From: Heterodontus francisci
Lineage: Eukaryota
NCBI RefSeq assembly: GCF_036365525.1
Contig: NC_090398.1
Location: 18,716,936 to 18,780,935, forward strand
Direction: 5' to 3'
Length of the DNA: 64,000 nucleotides
The notes beneath the pieces are model-generated. The model did no database searches. It was not told the origin of the DNA and was given only the letters and a program-made list of their open reading frames with translations. Shown here piece after piece: positions 11,605 to 24,341 of the stretch (position 1 is the stretch's first letter; the number at the start of each line of letters is the position of its first letter). A program made the position numbers and the translations under genes.

Positions 11605-14300
11605 AACCTGCAATATCTACGTGGAAATAGAGAGACAGAACATCCGAACGGGATCAGGGTAAGGGTAATGTAGCTTCTAAGCTGCAGTTATGTATTTTAT
11701 TCTTTCATTTCTCCCTTTCCTCTTCCTGTCTAAAAGCCTATTTCCAGCGGTCTGATATGTTCCTCTGCTCTGAGTGGAGTTATTTTGTGAGTGCGGAATC
11801 AGACAGTGACAGCAGTCAGTCCATATAACACAGGGTATTTCAGGACTGAATCTACTCCTAGTCCCCAGCAGTCTCTCCACAGACAAATGTATGAACATTT
11901 TCGAGACTGAAAACCCATCTTAGTCCAGTAATGCTTCCTTATTTTAGAATTTGCGGGATCTTTAGCAAAAGCGTCAGTGTTAACGAACTTTCCTGGAACA
12001 AGAGATAAAGGAACATTTCTAACTAACTTTGTTAACAGTTTAAACGGCAATGAATTGTGAAGCAGGTTCAATTTAATGTAAGCAGGAAGGTCTGTACCAT
12101 GTTCTGGAATGTTTGAATTGAAATCCATCCTGTATCCTGGCAGCAGCTTTCACAGAGGGTGGAGGGTGACTGAATTTCACACAATAAAGATCAGATCAAA
12201 TTCCCAATTTGTAACTTCACAAAACAATTCCAGAAATTTCTACCTGATTGGTTTTAATGAAATAACAAGGACAAAAGTCTCAAACTCTACACGGAAATAG
12301 ACAGAAAATCCTTGCGGGATCAAGGTAAGTTTCATTCCTATCTTATTCTTTAATTTCTCTCTTTAATCTTCCTTTTTGCCGCAGTTTCCCACAGTCTGGT
12401 ATATTCCGCAGCGCAGGGTTTACAGTTATTCTGAAAGTTTGCGGTGGCTGTAACTGCCGGACAGTTCATTTTATACCGGGGATTTCAGGAATAAACCCAA
12501 TCCCGGTCTCCACCAGTCTCCCCGTGGACACGTTTTATGAACCGTTGCGAGACAAACCAACAAAACGAGCACTGGAGATTTAATCCAAACCAGTGTAACA
12601 GCGTTTACTGGTTTAGAATTTGCATTTCAGACAGATAGAGTTGGGGGAGTAATAAAAGCAAAATACTGCGGATGCTGGAAATCTGAAATAAAAACAAGAA
12701 ATGCTGGAAATACTCAGCAGGTCTGGCAGCATCTGTGGAAAGAGAAGCAGAGTTAACGTTTCAGGTCAGTGACCCTTCTTCGGAACGGGGATAGATTTGG
12801 GGACCTGGGCCCCTCTAACACCGTGTGATTTTTTTTTGTGTTTTTTATATATTATCACTTACTGAAACTTTCATTACCCTGTACATTTTAATTTAACTGA
12901 TGAAAGGTGGGATCAGAGGTTCAGCTCAGTAAACGCCTCACACATTCACACAAGCAGATTATCGCTCACTGCCGAGCACCTGGAAAATCAGCCTCTGGTT
13001 AACCTGACACCAGACTGAACACTATCCAGTCTCAGCATCAGATCGACTCGGGAGATATAACTTGTCAATTAATGTGGCAATGACAATTTAACTCAAAGAG
13101 GGAAGGATATGAATTCCGTGGATAATAGAGCAGGGACTTGAGTTTTTGCTGCACAGTAGTTTATATTGAAGAGGTGGTTAATGACAAACTGGATGGAAAA
13201 ATACAGAGGTCACTCCCTTTAAAAAGAACAAACTTGAGAAATATTTTCGATCGAAACCCGTTCAGGCTGAAAGCAGCTTTCTTACAGAAAGAGGGAAACG
13301 AATTCTTGATCTTTATATAATAATCCATTCTGAGCCCTGGCAGCAGCTTTCTCAGAGAAAGCAGAGATATGAATCACACAAGAATCAGATCAAATTCCCA
13401 ATTTGTGACTTGCTAAAATAAATCAAAGAGCTCATAGCTGATTGGTTGTAATGGAATACCAAGGATAATCGTGACAAAATCTGCACAGAAATAGAAAATC
13501 CTTGCGGGATCAAGGTCAGATTCATTTATGTTTTATTCTTTCATTTCTTCCTTGACTCCTCTTCTCTAAAGCCTGTTTCCCGCAGTCTGATATGTTCTGC
13601 AGCACCGGGTTTGTATCTATTCTCAGACCGTGCGGTGACTGTGACTGTGACTGCGGACAGTCCATTTATACCGGGGATTTCAGGATAAAGCCCACCCCCG
13701 GTCTCCACCAGTCTCCCATAGACACAGTTTATGAGCACTTGTGAGACAGAAAACAGCAACACGAACTCTGGGCATTTAACCCATCCTCTCCAATACAACA
13801 TCCTTCCAATTTTAGGTAAGGTTGTGAAGCTGCACTTTCTAACTCCGCACGATTTATTTTATTTAATCACAATTGAAGCTTTTATTGCCCCGTATATTTT
13901 TTAAAATGTAACTGATCAAAGGCGGGGCCAGGAGGTCAGACTGAACATAACTCAGCTCAGTAAACGGTTCACACATTGGAACAGGCAGGTTATCACTTCA
14001 GGAAAATCAGTCTCTGGTTACCTGAGGATGGAATGAACACGATCCAGTCACAACATCAGAGTAACTTGGAAGATAAACACTGACCCTCTTCAATGACAAT
14101 AATTCATTATTATTTTAGCGGGACGATGTCAATTTAACTCAGTGAGGAAATGATGGGAATTAGGTCGGAGAATACAGTAGGGCCTTGGGGTTTTTAAAAC
14201 TGGACAATAGTACATGTTAATGAACTGTAAATACCAAGCTACCTGGAAAATACAGCAGCAGCCTCTCCCTTTAGAGAGGAACAAACATGAGGAATATTTT
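11605..14300 (+). promoter_or_regulatory. three diverged tandem copies of a promoter/first non-coding exon-like module
   Basis: CGGGATCA(A/G)G|GT donor-like sites at 11659, 12325 and 13515; inverted CCAAT (CTGATTGG) at 12244 and 13438; downstream sequence shared between copies. Confidence 0.5.
12653..12787 (-). mobile_element. solo terminal repeat of Penelope family A
   Basis: Near-identical to 52454-52590. Confidence 0.85.
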
Positions 14301-14672
14301 AAATCGATTGAAAGGATTTTCTGTCTCTCTATTTTGCGAGTTATATTCTTGTTATTTCACTACAAACGAACAGGTAGAAGTTCTTTTGAATTATTTTAAC
14401 AAGTCACAAATGGTTAATTTTATCTGATCCTTGTTCTGTAGGATTGAGAACTCCGCCCTCTGTGTAAAAGCTGTTACCAGTCCTCAGGATGGATTTGAAC
14501 TCAAACCCTCCTCAGTTCCTTCAGGTCAGGGCAGATTCCTTTCTGTTCATTCAAATTGAACCAATTTCAGGTTTTACTGTCACTCCAACTGTTAACAAAG
14601 TTAGTTATAAATGTTCCTTTTTCTCTTGTTGCAGGAAAGTTCATCACATTTGTTAAAGTTCCCATGGTGCTG

Positions 14673-14797
14673 TTACCTGTTGGTAATCTGAGTAGTTAGT
14701 TATTAAATAAAGATTAGTAATGCGGCCTCCTACCTGTTGTTAATTTGAGTCGTTACTTTGATATAAAGATTGGTGAAGGCGCCCTCCTACCTGTTTC
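14673..14797. repeat. ~57-bp diverged tandem repeat (~2.2 copies)
   Basis: tacctgtt...taaagatt(a/g)gt...cctcc repeated. Confidence 0.6.
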
Positions 14798-15689
14798 AAG
14801 CTGAAAGCACCTTTCTCATAGAGAGGGGAAACGAATTACTAATCTTTATATAATAACTAACTCCACAAATCAGACTAATGGTGATTCAGTCAGAGCAGCG
14901 CAGCAAGTGCAGAGGTAACATTTGTCCCAGATTATTTATAATGATAAATTACTGTTTAAGGAAGCAAAGTCAGTTTCAGCCAGCTAAGAACCAATCTCAG
15001 TTAGGTTTGAGAATGAAGCAGGGGCTGTGTTTTTGCTAAAATAAGTTGATGCTATTGAGGCAATTTGTGAAACTGACTGGAACAAAACAGAGCGGCCTCT
15101 CGCCTTGGATAGAAACAAATGTCAGAATATTGAAGATGGAAACTGGTTGCTGGCTGAATTCACCTCCCACAGATAGGGGGATCCTGATCACCAATCTTGA
15201 CAGAAAAGGCCACTACTCAAATTACCAACATATACGAGGGTCCCGTCACTAAAGTTTAATGATTATAGATTTATTTACGCACAGATTTTTAATTCAAGCA
15301 TCTGATTCTAAGTCAACAACAGAGTGAAAGTATTCAGGCATCCCTGTAGTCACTGCTTGTCCTGCATCTCCTCAGTGACCACAGTGGTAATTAAAAGGGA
15401 CGGAGTCATGGAAACCCCATTTAAATCTGTTCATCCCTCAGCTGACATGTTTAAACATTCCTCACAGGTGGCCTTGAAAGTCAAAACTAGAGGCTGGACT
15501 TTGAGATCAGCAAATCAATCATCATTAACTCTGTTTAAGCTTTTTCTTGACACTTGGCACTCCATGTGAAGGTGACATCTTTGCTCGCCAGAGGAATTGT
15601 CTCAACAGGTTGAGCTACAGTGATGAAATATATTGTTTTAAAGAGTGATAGATGCGGCATTTCTTGCACTTAAGCAGAAGATTGTACCT

Positions 15690-18600
15690 GTAATGTTCGA
15701 TAATAAGATTGGTGAGTTACAGGTGCAGATTGCCATGTGGAAATATGATGTTGTGGCTATAACAGAGACCTGGCTCAGAGGAGGGAAGGAGTGTGTGTAA
15801 AATATTCCTGGTTACATGGTGTTCAGGAAAGAAAGGAAATGAAGAAAAGGGGAAGGAGTTCAGGGGTCCAAGAGGGGTCAAGGACAGAATCCATGTGGCT
15901 GGAGATAAGGACAAAAAAAGGTGAAATTACATTGCTTGGTCAAGTCTATAGTGGTCTATACCAACTAGTGGAAAGGAGGTAGAGGAACACATTTGTAAGG
16001 GAATTATAGAGGTGCAAGAATTGTAGAGCAGTTATAATGCGGGACTTTAATTATCCAAAATAGACTAGGATAGCAGTAGTGTAAAGGGTGGAGAAGGGCA
16101 AGAGTTCCTAGAGTGTGTTCAGGAAAATGTTCTACAGCAGTATGCTTCCAGTCCAAGGAGAAGGAAGGCACTGCTGGATCTGGCTATTGGGAATGAGGTG
16201 GACCAAGTGGATCAAGTGTCAATAGGAGAACATTTAGATCACCGTATCGTAAGGTTTAGGTTGGCTAAGGGAAAGAACAAAGAGCAGTCGAGAGTAAGGA
16301 TAATTAACTGGGGGAAAGCCAACTTCAAAGGGGAAAGAATGGATCTGGGCCGAGTTAATTGGAATCAAATGTTGGCAGAAAAGACAGTAGCTGAACAGTG
16401 GGCCACCTTCAAAGCAGAGATAGTTTGGGCACAGTCAAGATATATTTACTCAAAAGGGAAAGGTAGGACAAACAAATCCCTGCATGACAAAAGAGATACA
16501 GATGAAGATGAAGAGGAAGCATGCTTATGACAGATATCAGGTAGATAATATAGTGGAAAACCAGGATGAATTCTGAAGCTTCAGAGGGAAGTGAAAAATT
16601 AAGTAAGAAAAGTAAACATGTATGAAAAGTAAAAAGTATGAAAAGAGACTGGCAGCTAACATAAAAGGGAATACCAAAGTCTTCTATTAGCATATAAATA
16701 GTAAAAGGCTGGTAAAAGGAGGAGTCGGGCCATTTAGGGACCAAAATGCGGATTGACACAGGGAAGCAGAGAGCATAGCTGAAGAATTAAATAAATACTT
16801 TGCATCTGTCTTTACCAAGGAAGATGATGCTACACAGGCCATGGTGAAAGAGGAGGTAATTAATACACTAGAAGGATTTAAAATTGATAAAGCGGAGATA
16901 TTAGATAGTCGGTATATACTTGCAGCTGATAAAGCACCAGGACTGGGTGAGATGCACCCAAGGATGCTGAGTGAAGTGAGAGGGGAAATTGCAGAGACCC
17001 TGGCCATAATTTTCGAGTCTTCCTTACTCTCGGGTGGTGGCAGAGGATTGGAAATTTATAAATTTGAGAGCTAGCTCTAAGGAGGGCAGATCTGTGTATT
17101 AAATATTCCTGGATACACGGTGTTCAGGAAAGATAGGAAATGAGGATGCAAAGATAAGCCCAGCAACTACAGGACAGACAGTTTATCATCAGTGGTGGGA
17201 AAACTTCCAGAAACAATAATTCAGGAGAAAATTCATATTCACATGGAGAAATATGGCATAATTAAGGAAAGTCAGCATGGAATTGTTAAGGGAAAGTAAT
17301 GTTAACGAATTTGCTGGAGTTTTGTGTAGTGGCAACAGTGAGGGTTGATGAGGGCAATGCTGTTGATGTTGTGTACATGGACTTCTAAAAGGCATTCGAT
17401 ACAGTGCCACACAACAGACTTGTGAGCAAACTTATAGCTGATGGAATAAAAGGGACAGTAGCAACATGGATACAAAATTGACTGAGTGACAGGAAACAGA
17501 GGGTAGTGGTCAATGGATGCTTTTCAGGCTGGAGGAATGTTTGTAGTGGAGTTTCCCAGGGATCTGTGTGAGGACCTTTTCTCTTCCTGACATATATTAA
17601 TGACCTAAACCTTGGTGTGCAGGGCACAATTAAAGTTTTTTTTATTCGTTCATGGGATGTGGGTGTTGCTGGCCAGGCCAGCATTTATTGTCCATCCCTA
17701 ATTGCCCTTGAGAAGGTGGTGGTGAGCTGCTTTCTTGAACCGCTGCAGTCCATGTGGGGTAGGTTCACCCACAGTGCTGTTAAGAAGACAGTTCCGTCCA
17801 TTCTTTATTGATGTTGTAATGGTTAGGTACAATTGAGGGCTTGCTAGGCCATTTCAGAGGGTGTGTAAGAGTCTACCACATTGCTGTGGGTCTGGAGTCA
17901 CATGTAGGCCAGACCAGGTAAGGACAGCACATTTCCTTCCCTAAAGGACATTAGTGAACCGGATGGGTTTTTACAACAATCGACGATGGTTTCATGGCCA
18001 TCATTAGACCAGCTTTTTAATTCCAGATTTATTAATTGAATTCAAATTCCACCTTCTGCTGTGGTGGGATTTGAACCCATGTCCCCAGAGCAATACCCTG
18101 GGTCTCTGGGTTACTAGTCCAGTGACAATACCACTATGCCACTGCCTCCCCTTATTGCAGATGATATAAGACATGTAAGCATTATGAACTGTGAGGAGGA
18201 TAGTCTAGAACTTCAAAAGAACATAGACAAGCTGGTGGAATGGGTGGACAAGTGGCAGATGAAGGTCAATACAGAGAAGTGTGAAGTGTTTTATTTTGGT
18301 AGGAAGAACATGGAGAGAAAATATAGAATAAAGGGTACAATTCTAAAGGGGATGCAGGAACAAAGGGACGTAGGTGTATATGGTGCACAAGTCATTGAAG
18401 CTGGCAGGACAGGTTGAGAGAGAGGTTAATAAAGCATGCAGTATCCCAGGCGTTATTAATAGGAACATAGATTACAACAGCAAGGAGGTTATGTTGAACC
18501 TGCATAAGACACTAGTTTGACCTCAGCTGGAGTATAGCGTCCAGTCCTGGGTGTCGCATTTCAGAAAAGATGCGAAGGGATTGGAGAGAGTGTAGAAAAG

Positions 18601-18952
18601 ATTCATGAGAATGGTTCCAGGGATGAGGAACTTCGTTTATGAAAATCGATTGGACAAGTTAGGACTGTTTTCCTTGGAGAAGAGAAGGCTGAGAGGATAT
18701 TTGATAGAGGTATTCAAAATCACGAGAGGTCTGGACAGAGTAGATAGAGAGAAACTGTTCCCATTCATGGAAGGATCAAGAACGAGAGTGCACAGATGTA
18801 AGGGAATTGGCAAAAGAAACCACAGCGAATAGGAAGAATGTACAGGGTTATGGGGAGAAGGCGGGCATTGGCACTCAGTGAATTGCTCACTCGTAGAGCC
18901 TGTGCAGACACGATGGGCTGAATTCTGTGCTGTAACAATTCTGTGATTCTGT
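15690..18952 (+). mobile_element. long degenerate CR1 ORF2 (AP endonuclease, RT, 3' UTR)
   Basis: YDVVAITETW-like start, EEVINTLE..KAPGLGEMHPRML, RT motifs and a (TTCTGTGA)n tail; many stops; SINE inserted at 17635-18150. Confidence 0.92.
17635..18150 (-). mobile_element. SacSINE1/DeuSINE-like tRNA-headed SINE with LINE-derived 3' tail
   Basis: Head GGGAGGCAGTGGCATAGTGG...GGTTCAAATCCCACC; tail GGCAATTAGGGATGGACAATAAATGCTGGCC...CCCATGAACGAATAAAAAA matches the 3' end of the LINE at 48955-49945. Confidence 0.8.
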
Positions 18953-19024
18953 GATAAGGCTGACAGCCAGGCCAGTTTGGTTTGTTGCATGTACCTTTAA
19001 TTATACACATACTCAAACAACATG

Positions 19025-19370
19025 TTGCAATCGTATAGCACCTTTTGTCCAGCAAAACCTCCCAAGGCCCTTCTCAAAAACGTTACATAATGAGATATTT
19101 AAGAGACCTGACCAACAACTTGCTCAAAGAGGTTGGTTTTAAGTAGTGTCTTAAAGGAGGAGAGAGGGGCACAGAGGTTTAGGGAGGGAACTCCAAATCT
19201 TAAAGCCCGGGCAGCTGAAGGCACGGCCGCCAATTGTGGAGCGATTAAAATCATTGATGACCAAGGTGTCAGAATTGGAGGAGTGCAGAAATCTCAAAGT
19301 CTTACAGGCTGGAGATGGTGAGAGAGATAGGGAGGAGCAAAGTCATTGAGCGATTTGGAAACAATGTTTC
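19025..19370 (-). mobile_element. L2-like LINE 3' fragment
   Basis: Similar to the L2-type 3' ends at 30.0-30.6 kb and 57.4-58.05 kb. Confidence 0.6.
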
Positions 19371-19840
19371 ATTCAGCTGAGTGTCCCCCATTCCTGTGTG
19401 AGTACAGCTGGGCCACACCGAGAAACAAGGCTCTGCTGCAATTTGCCACAATACAAGCCCAGAGTCCTTTAGTGCCTGTGCATTGGACCCCCAGGTAAGA
19501 CCGAGTTAGATGATCTAGTTGAGTCTTATCTTTAACAAGTTTTTGCTGAGATGTTCCAAACAGCTGGATGGAAATACTTTGGGTCATGGGACAAGAACCA
19601 GTTTAGAGTCTCACTGCACAGAGTCTGTGAGGATAAGAGCTTGATTACAGAGTCTCAGTGCAGAAGGTCTGAGTGAGGTAAAGTGCCAGGAGAGAGTCTC
19701 ACTGCACAGGGTTTGTGAGGCACAGTACCAGATTAGAGACTTGCTGCATAGTGTTAGTGAGCTGACAGGTTCCCGGTTAAAGCCTTGCTGCACAGGGCCG
19801 AGAAGACCAAGTGTCAGGTTCCAGAATGTCACTGCACAGG

Positions 19841-20527
19841 AGGCTGGATTTTAAATGTCCGCCGCTGTAATTGGTGGTGGACATAAACTATGAGCGGATC
19901 GCACATCAGGGAACCACTGTGATATTAAAGGGGGCAGCTCATTTAAATGGCCGGAGTGGGCAATCCGTCCCCGGAAATGGCACCAGTCACTGGCACCATT
20001 TTTAAAGGGCTTCGAGCCCTTCCATTTAATTTAATCTTTTTTTTAATTTTTAAAAAATAAATAAGGTTATCCCGATCCTCTCCCCCAACATGAAGATCAG
20101 ATTCATTACTTGCCCTCTTCCCAAAAACCCTTATCTTGTGGTCCTGACCGTCCCCACCCAACCCCCCCCCCCCCCCCAAAGTTTATAAACTTTAAACATT
20201 ACCCTTTCCCAACACCCCCAATACCATCAGACAAGTTTGATTCCCCCGTCCCCAACCATCACCCAAACACTTCCCTGCTCCCCAACCACCACCCCCCCCC
20301 TCCACCCTGTGTCCCCCATCAGCTCCCCAGACAGGGATCCGAAGGCGAGGGAGTGCCGGCCACCGGCGCCAATATCACACCGGGATGGACAGTGGGATTG
20401 GGTAAGTAATTAATCCATTTATTTAAATACAATTAAATATTGACATTTTGCTGCCATTGCCGAGCGGCAGGGTGGCCCCCATGAGACCTCATCATCACCA
20501 GTAATAATATAACTATATATCCAGTCT
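19841..20527. mobile_element. possible non-autonomous DNA transposon (MITE-like)
   Basis: GC-rich block bounded by imperfect inverted ends AGGCTGGATTTT / TATATCCAGTCT; no credible ORF. Confidence 0.35.
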
Positions 20528-21724
20528 CCAACTCCAACATCCCTGAAATTGCTGTCACTTCCCAATGCCACCCATACTGGAATACACTTATTAACATTAC
20601 AAGTGACATCCTGTTTGCTTATTATATTAGCCCTCCTCAACCTTTTCCATCTCTCTGTAACATGTGCCATGGTCAAGAAGAAAATCTTCCTCTAATGCAT
20701 CTTCTCCTTTGCTTAGTTCAATGGGTCATCCCTCACTCGGTTCCACTACTTAGCTGTCCAGTCGTAACCACGGCCTCTCCCAATGGCGCCTCTTACTGTC
20801 CCTGCATCACTACTTCTGGAGTCATCAAAGGTGTTTCTCACTCAAGACACAATCACACTCACACCCAACACATTCAAACTCACTGTGCAGGTGGGAAACA
20901 CAGAATAGAACAACTAGCTCACTCTGTAAAACTGCAGACAAATCTATAACATTTATAGAATTTTCTGAGAGTTCAGAATCTCTAAAGATGTACAAAAATA
21001 AATAGGGTGCTTCAATTAACAGTTTAAATTTACTGTATGGCAAATAGATATCAATGTTAATGTTAGTAGAACAGTGGTAAGTATTCTCACCTCCTACAGT
21101 GTTCATTAGTCAAATGCTGATAACATGAGAGATTATGTAAGTGCACTCAAAAACAGATACTGACTTCGGAAAATGTCCCTTAACATAGGGACAATGTCAC
21201 TGCACATAGAGAGAAGGAGAAATTGCATCTGCTGTATGTTGTATATATGGTGCATATGACATTCAGAATGTAACAAAATTTAATGCCAAAATAGTTCATT
21301 GTGTAAAACTCAATGAAGGATTAATGAATAAATCAATGATTACCTCACTACGTATTTTCCTGCAGGATATTTCCTACATCAGCAACAAAGGTTGGTGCTG
21401 GCCAGCATTGTCCGAGTAAATTTTGCCAAGGAACACTCCCAGTGTAGAGTCTCGGCCAGCGGGCACTCAATTGTAGAGATCAACAGGACTCGCTGGATTT
21501 CACTGGGCAGCTGTCTGTGTCACATCTGGTGTGAAGTGTTGAACGTAACACTCACAAAATGCCTGATCCCAGAGTTAACAGCTGTTGTACAGATGGGGAA
21601 GGAGGGATTTCATAGCATGTCTAAGGAGTCAACATGCTAGTTCTCATTTTAATATATGTCTGTCCATCCTATTAATATTGTGTCTATTACAGAGCATCAT
21701 GATCTGGGAATCCCTGTCGCCACT

Positions 21725-21782
21725 GTGGCTGAAGTTTTAAACAGGGAAGGAGATCCAACATCTTCAATGAGAATGGACACAG
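21725..21782 (+). CDS. NLR first coding exon (VAEVLNREGDPTSSMRMDT)
   Basis: Acceptor at 21692 and donor GTAGGT at 21783; phase 1 joins in frame to 24175. GTG stands where the inverted paralog has ATG; in-frame ATGs at 21767 and 21773. Confidence 0.7.
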
Positions 21783-21859
21783 GTAGGTTCACAAAATTCT
21801 TTAAAATATAAGTTCTGTCCAGACAAATTGTCCAGGTCACCTGTGAGAATGTACAGCCC

Positions 21860-22260
21860 ACACAAGTAGAGACATCCGGGCAGAAGCTGAGCAGAAAGAG
21901 GGCAGTGAGTGACCGACCATCTAGATGGGTATCGCAGTCACAGGTGCAGGTACAGCCTGAGTACTGGAACCGTCCAATAGGTACCCGGTATTGATGACTG
22001 TACTGTGGATAGAGACAGTAACTGGGAACAGGGATTTCCTCAGGATTTCCAGTAAGACGGGTTGAGAGGCAGGCGTGGAATTGAAATAGGAGAGTGACAG
22101 TAATGGGAGTTTCAATAGTCAGGGAAATAGTCAGACTCTTCTGCAGCCCTGAGCAGGTCCTGATAGTTACCTCCTTGGTGCTAGAGGGAAGAACTTTCTG
22201 GAACAAGTGGTTGGAGATTGGAAAATAGCCAAAGGTTGGAAGCGATGTCACTCAGAGAGG
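21860..22260 (+). mobile_element. degenerate CR1 ORF1 (esterase-like) fragment
   Basis: gtaatgggagtttcaatagtcagggaaata resembles VIGDSIVRG; ctccttggtgctaga resembles LPGAR. Confidence 0.5.
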
Positions 22261-22285
22261 TAAGTTTATCGAGGAATTATTAAAA

Positions 22286-22760
22286 CTTTTTTTTATTCAT
22301 TCTTGGAATGTGAGCGTGGCTGGCAAGGTCAGTATTTATTCCCCATCTCTAATAATCCTTGAGAAGATGGCGGTGAGCCATCGTCTTGAAACCTTTTTTC
22401 ATTTGTTTTTGGGATGTGGGCATAGTTGGCTAGGCCAGCATTTATTGCCCATCCCTAATTGCCATTGAGAAGGTGGTGGTGAGCTGCCTTCTTGAACTCC
22501 TGCAGTCCATGTGATGTAGGTACACCCACAGTGTTGTTAGGGAGGGAGTTCCAGAATATTGACCCAGTGACAGTAAGGAAATGGCGATATAGTCCCAAAT
22601 CAGGATTGTGTGTGATCTGGAGGGGACCTTGCAGGTGGTGACAGACCCATGCATCTGCTGCCCTTGTCCTTCTAGGTGTTAGAGGTTGCGGGTTTGGAAG
22701 GTGCTGTCAAAGGAGCCTTGGTGAGTTGCTGAAGTGCATCTTGTAACTAGCACATACTAG
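22286..22760 (-). mobile_element. LINE 3' fragments (family of 48955-49945) with a doubled tail
   Basis: The tail appears twice, at ~22286-22390 and from ~22395. Confidence 0.8.
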
Positions 22761-23095
22761 GGGACAGTAGCATAATGGTGATATTACTGGACGAGTGATC
22801 CAGAGTTCTGACTGATGCTCTGGAGACACAAACTCCAATCCCACCATAGCAGCTGGGGAAATTTAAACTCCATTAATTAATAAACCTGGAATAAAAAACT
22901 AGTCTCAGTAATGATGATCATGAAACTACCAGATTGCTGTAAAACCCCATCTGGCTGCCTCATGTCCTTTAAGGGATGAAATCTGCCGTCTTTACCCAGT
23001 CCAGTTTCCCTGTGACTCCTGACTCACAGTAATGTGGTTGACTCTTAACTGCCCTCTGAAATGGCCGAGCAAGTGACTCCGTTGTCTCAAACCGT
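22761..23095 (+). mobile_element. SacSINE1/DeuSINE-like SINE
   Basis: Plus-strand copy of the head and core seen at 17635-18150. Confidence 0.75.
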
Positions 23096-23544
23096 TACAG
23101 AAAACTCCAATTAAGATTTAAGATGGAGATGTCTGATTGTTTTCACTGGGCCACTAAAGGAGGGAAATATGAGACAAATTAATGAGCTCCTGCATGGCTG
23201 TAGCAGGAAGCAGTGTTCAATCTCTTAGAGCACTAGAGTGAGTTCAGGGGAATGGGAAGGGACGAGCACGATCTGAACCGACCAACAACAGTTGTTTCAC
23301 ACGGTAGGTGAATGAAGTAGTGGGAAGGACATCAGCTGACGAAACGAGATTGTAATTTTAAAAAAACAATTGGAGCAGGAACAAATAGTATTGAAAGTTT
23401 ACTAGCAGGAAATAAGGAAGGTGGTTTTGAAGTAGTGAGAGATAAAGTCACTTGTTACTAAACAAAAAGCAACGACGAAAATGTTACAATATCCCCAAAA
23501 ATTGGAGTTAGGGTTGAGTGTTGTGTATGTAGCAGACAATTACC

Positions 23545-23797
23545 AGAGGCGACATGAGGAGACAATTGTTTTACACAGCACATTGTTACGATCTAGAATA
23601 AACTGCCTGAAAGGGTGATAGAAGAAGATTCAACCATAACATTCAGAAGGCAATTGGATAAATACTTAAAGGAAAGAGTTATGGCTCTGGAGAACGCGCA
23701 GGTGAAGGGAACTAATTGGATAGTTCTCGCACGGGGCCGGCACACACACGATGGGCTGAGTGGCCTCATTCTGTATCGTATCATTCTGTGATTCTAT
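23545..23797 (+). mobile_element. CR1 3' end fragment
   Basis: ttttacacagc...ctagaataaactgcctgaaagggtg and an attctgtgattctatg tail. Confidence 0.75.
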
Positions 23798-24174
23798 GTG
23801 AAATTACAAAGTAATCCGAACTCATTGGAAAGTCAGAAGCATGAGAGATATGATCTAGTTTCTAAGTGAGGTCTTCGGCATCCACAGAAATCCGAGTGAA
23901 ATACTGGTTATAACTTTTTATAACAAACAGTTACGAACTCCCCCGTGTTAAAGAATTCCAGGACAGTGCATCAACAACAAAAACCCACTTGTATTTAATT
24001 CCATTAACGTAGTCATGCATTCCCGGTCACTTCTTGAAAGAGCGCTATCAAACAAAATGTAACACCGAGCCACATATAGAAACATTGATCAAAGAGCCAT
24101 TTGGTGTAAAAAGAACTGTAACAGTCCTGATAGAAAGTTGATAGTGAGTTTAGTTTTCTCATTTTTGTTCACAG

Positions 24175-24341
24175 ATCCGAACTCCATAATTACTGAGTTC
24201 TTGACAAAGTGTAACAATTACCAGTTGTTCCAGTTGATGAAATTCTACCGGGACAGACTAGAACAGGCGATTGAAGCAGGGGTGGACGGAGTCAGCTCAT
24301 TGTTAACATACCAGAGACATTTCAGTGGACAAGAACATCGG
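24175..24341 (+). CDS. NLR exon 2, first half of CARD-like domain (DPNSIITEFLTKC...FSGQEHR)
   Basis: tttttgttcacag acceptor, GTAAGT donor, open frame. Confidence 0.85.
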
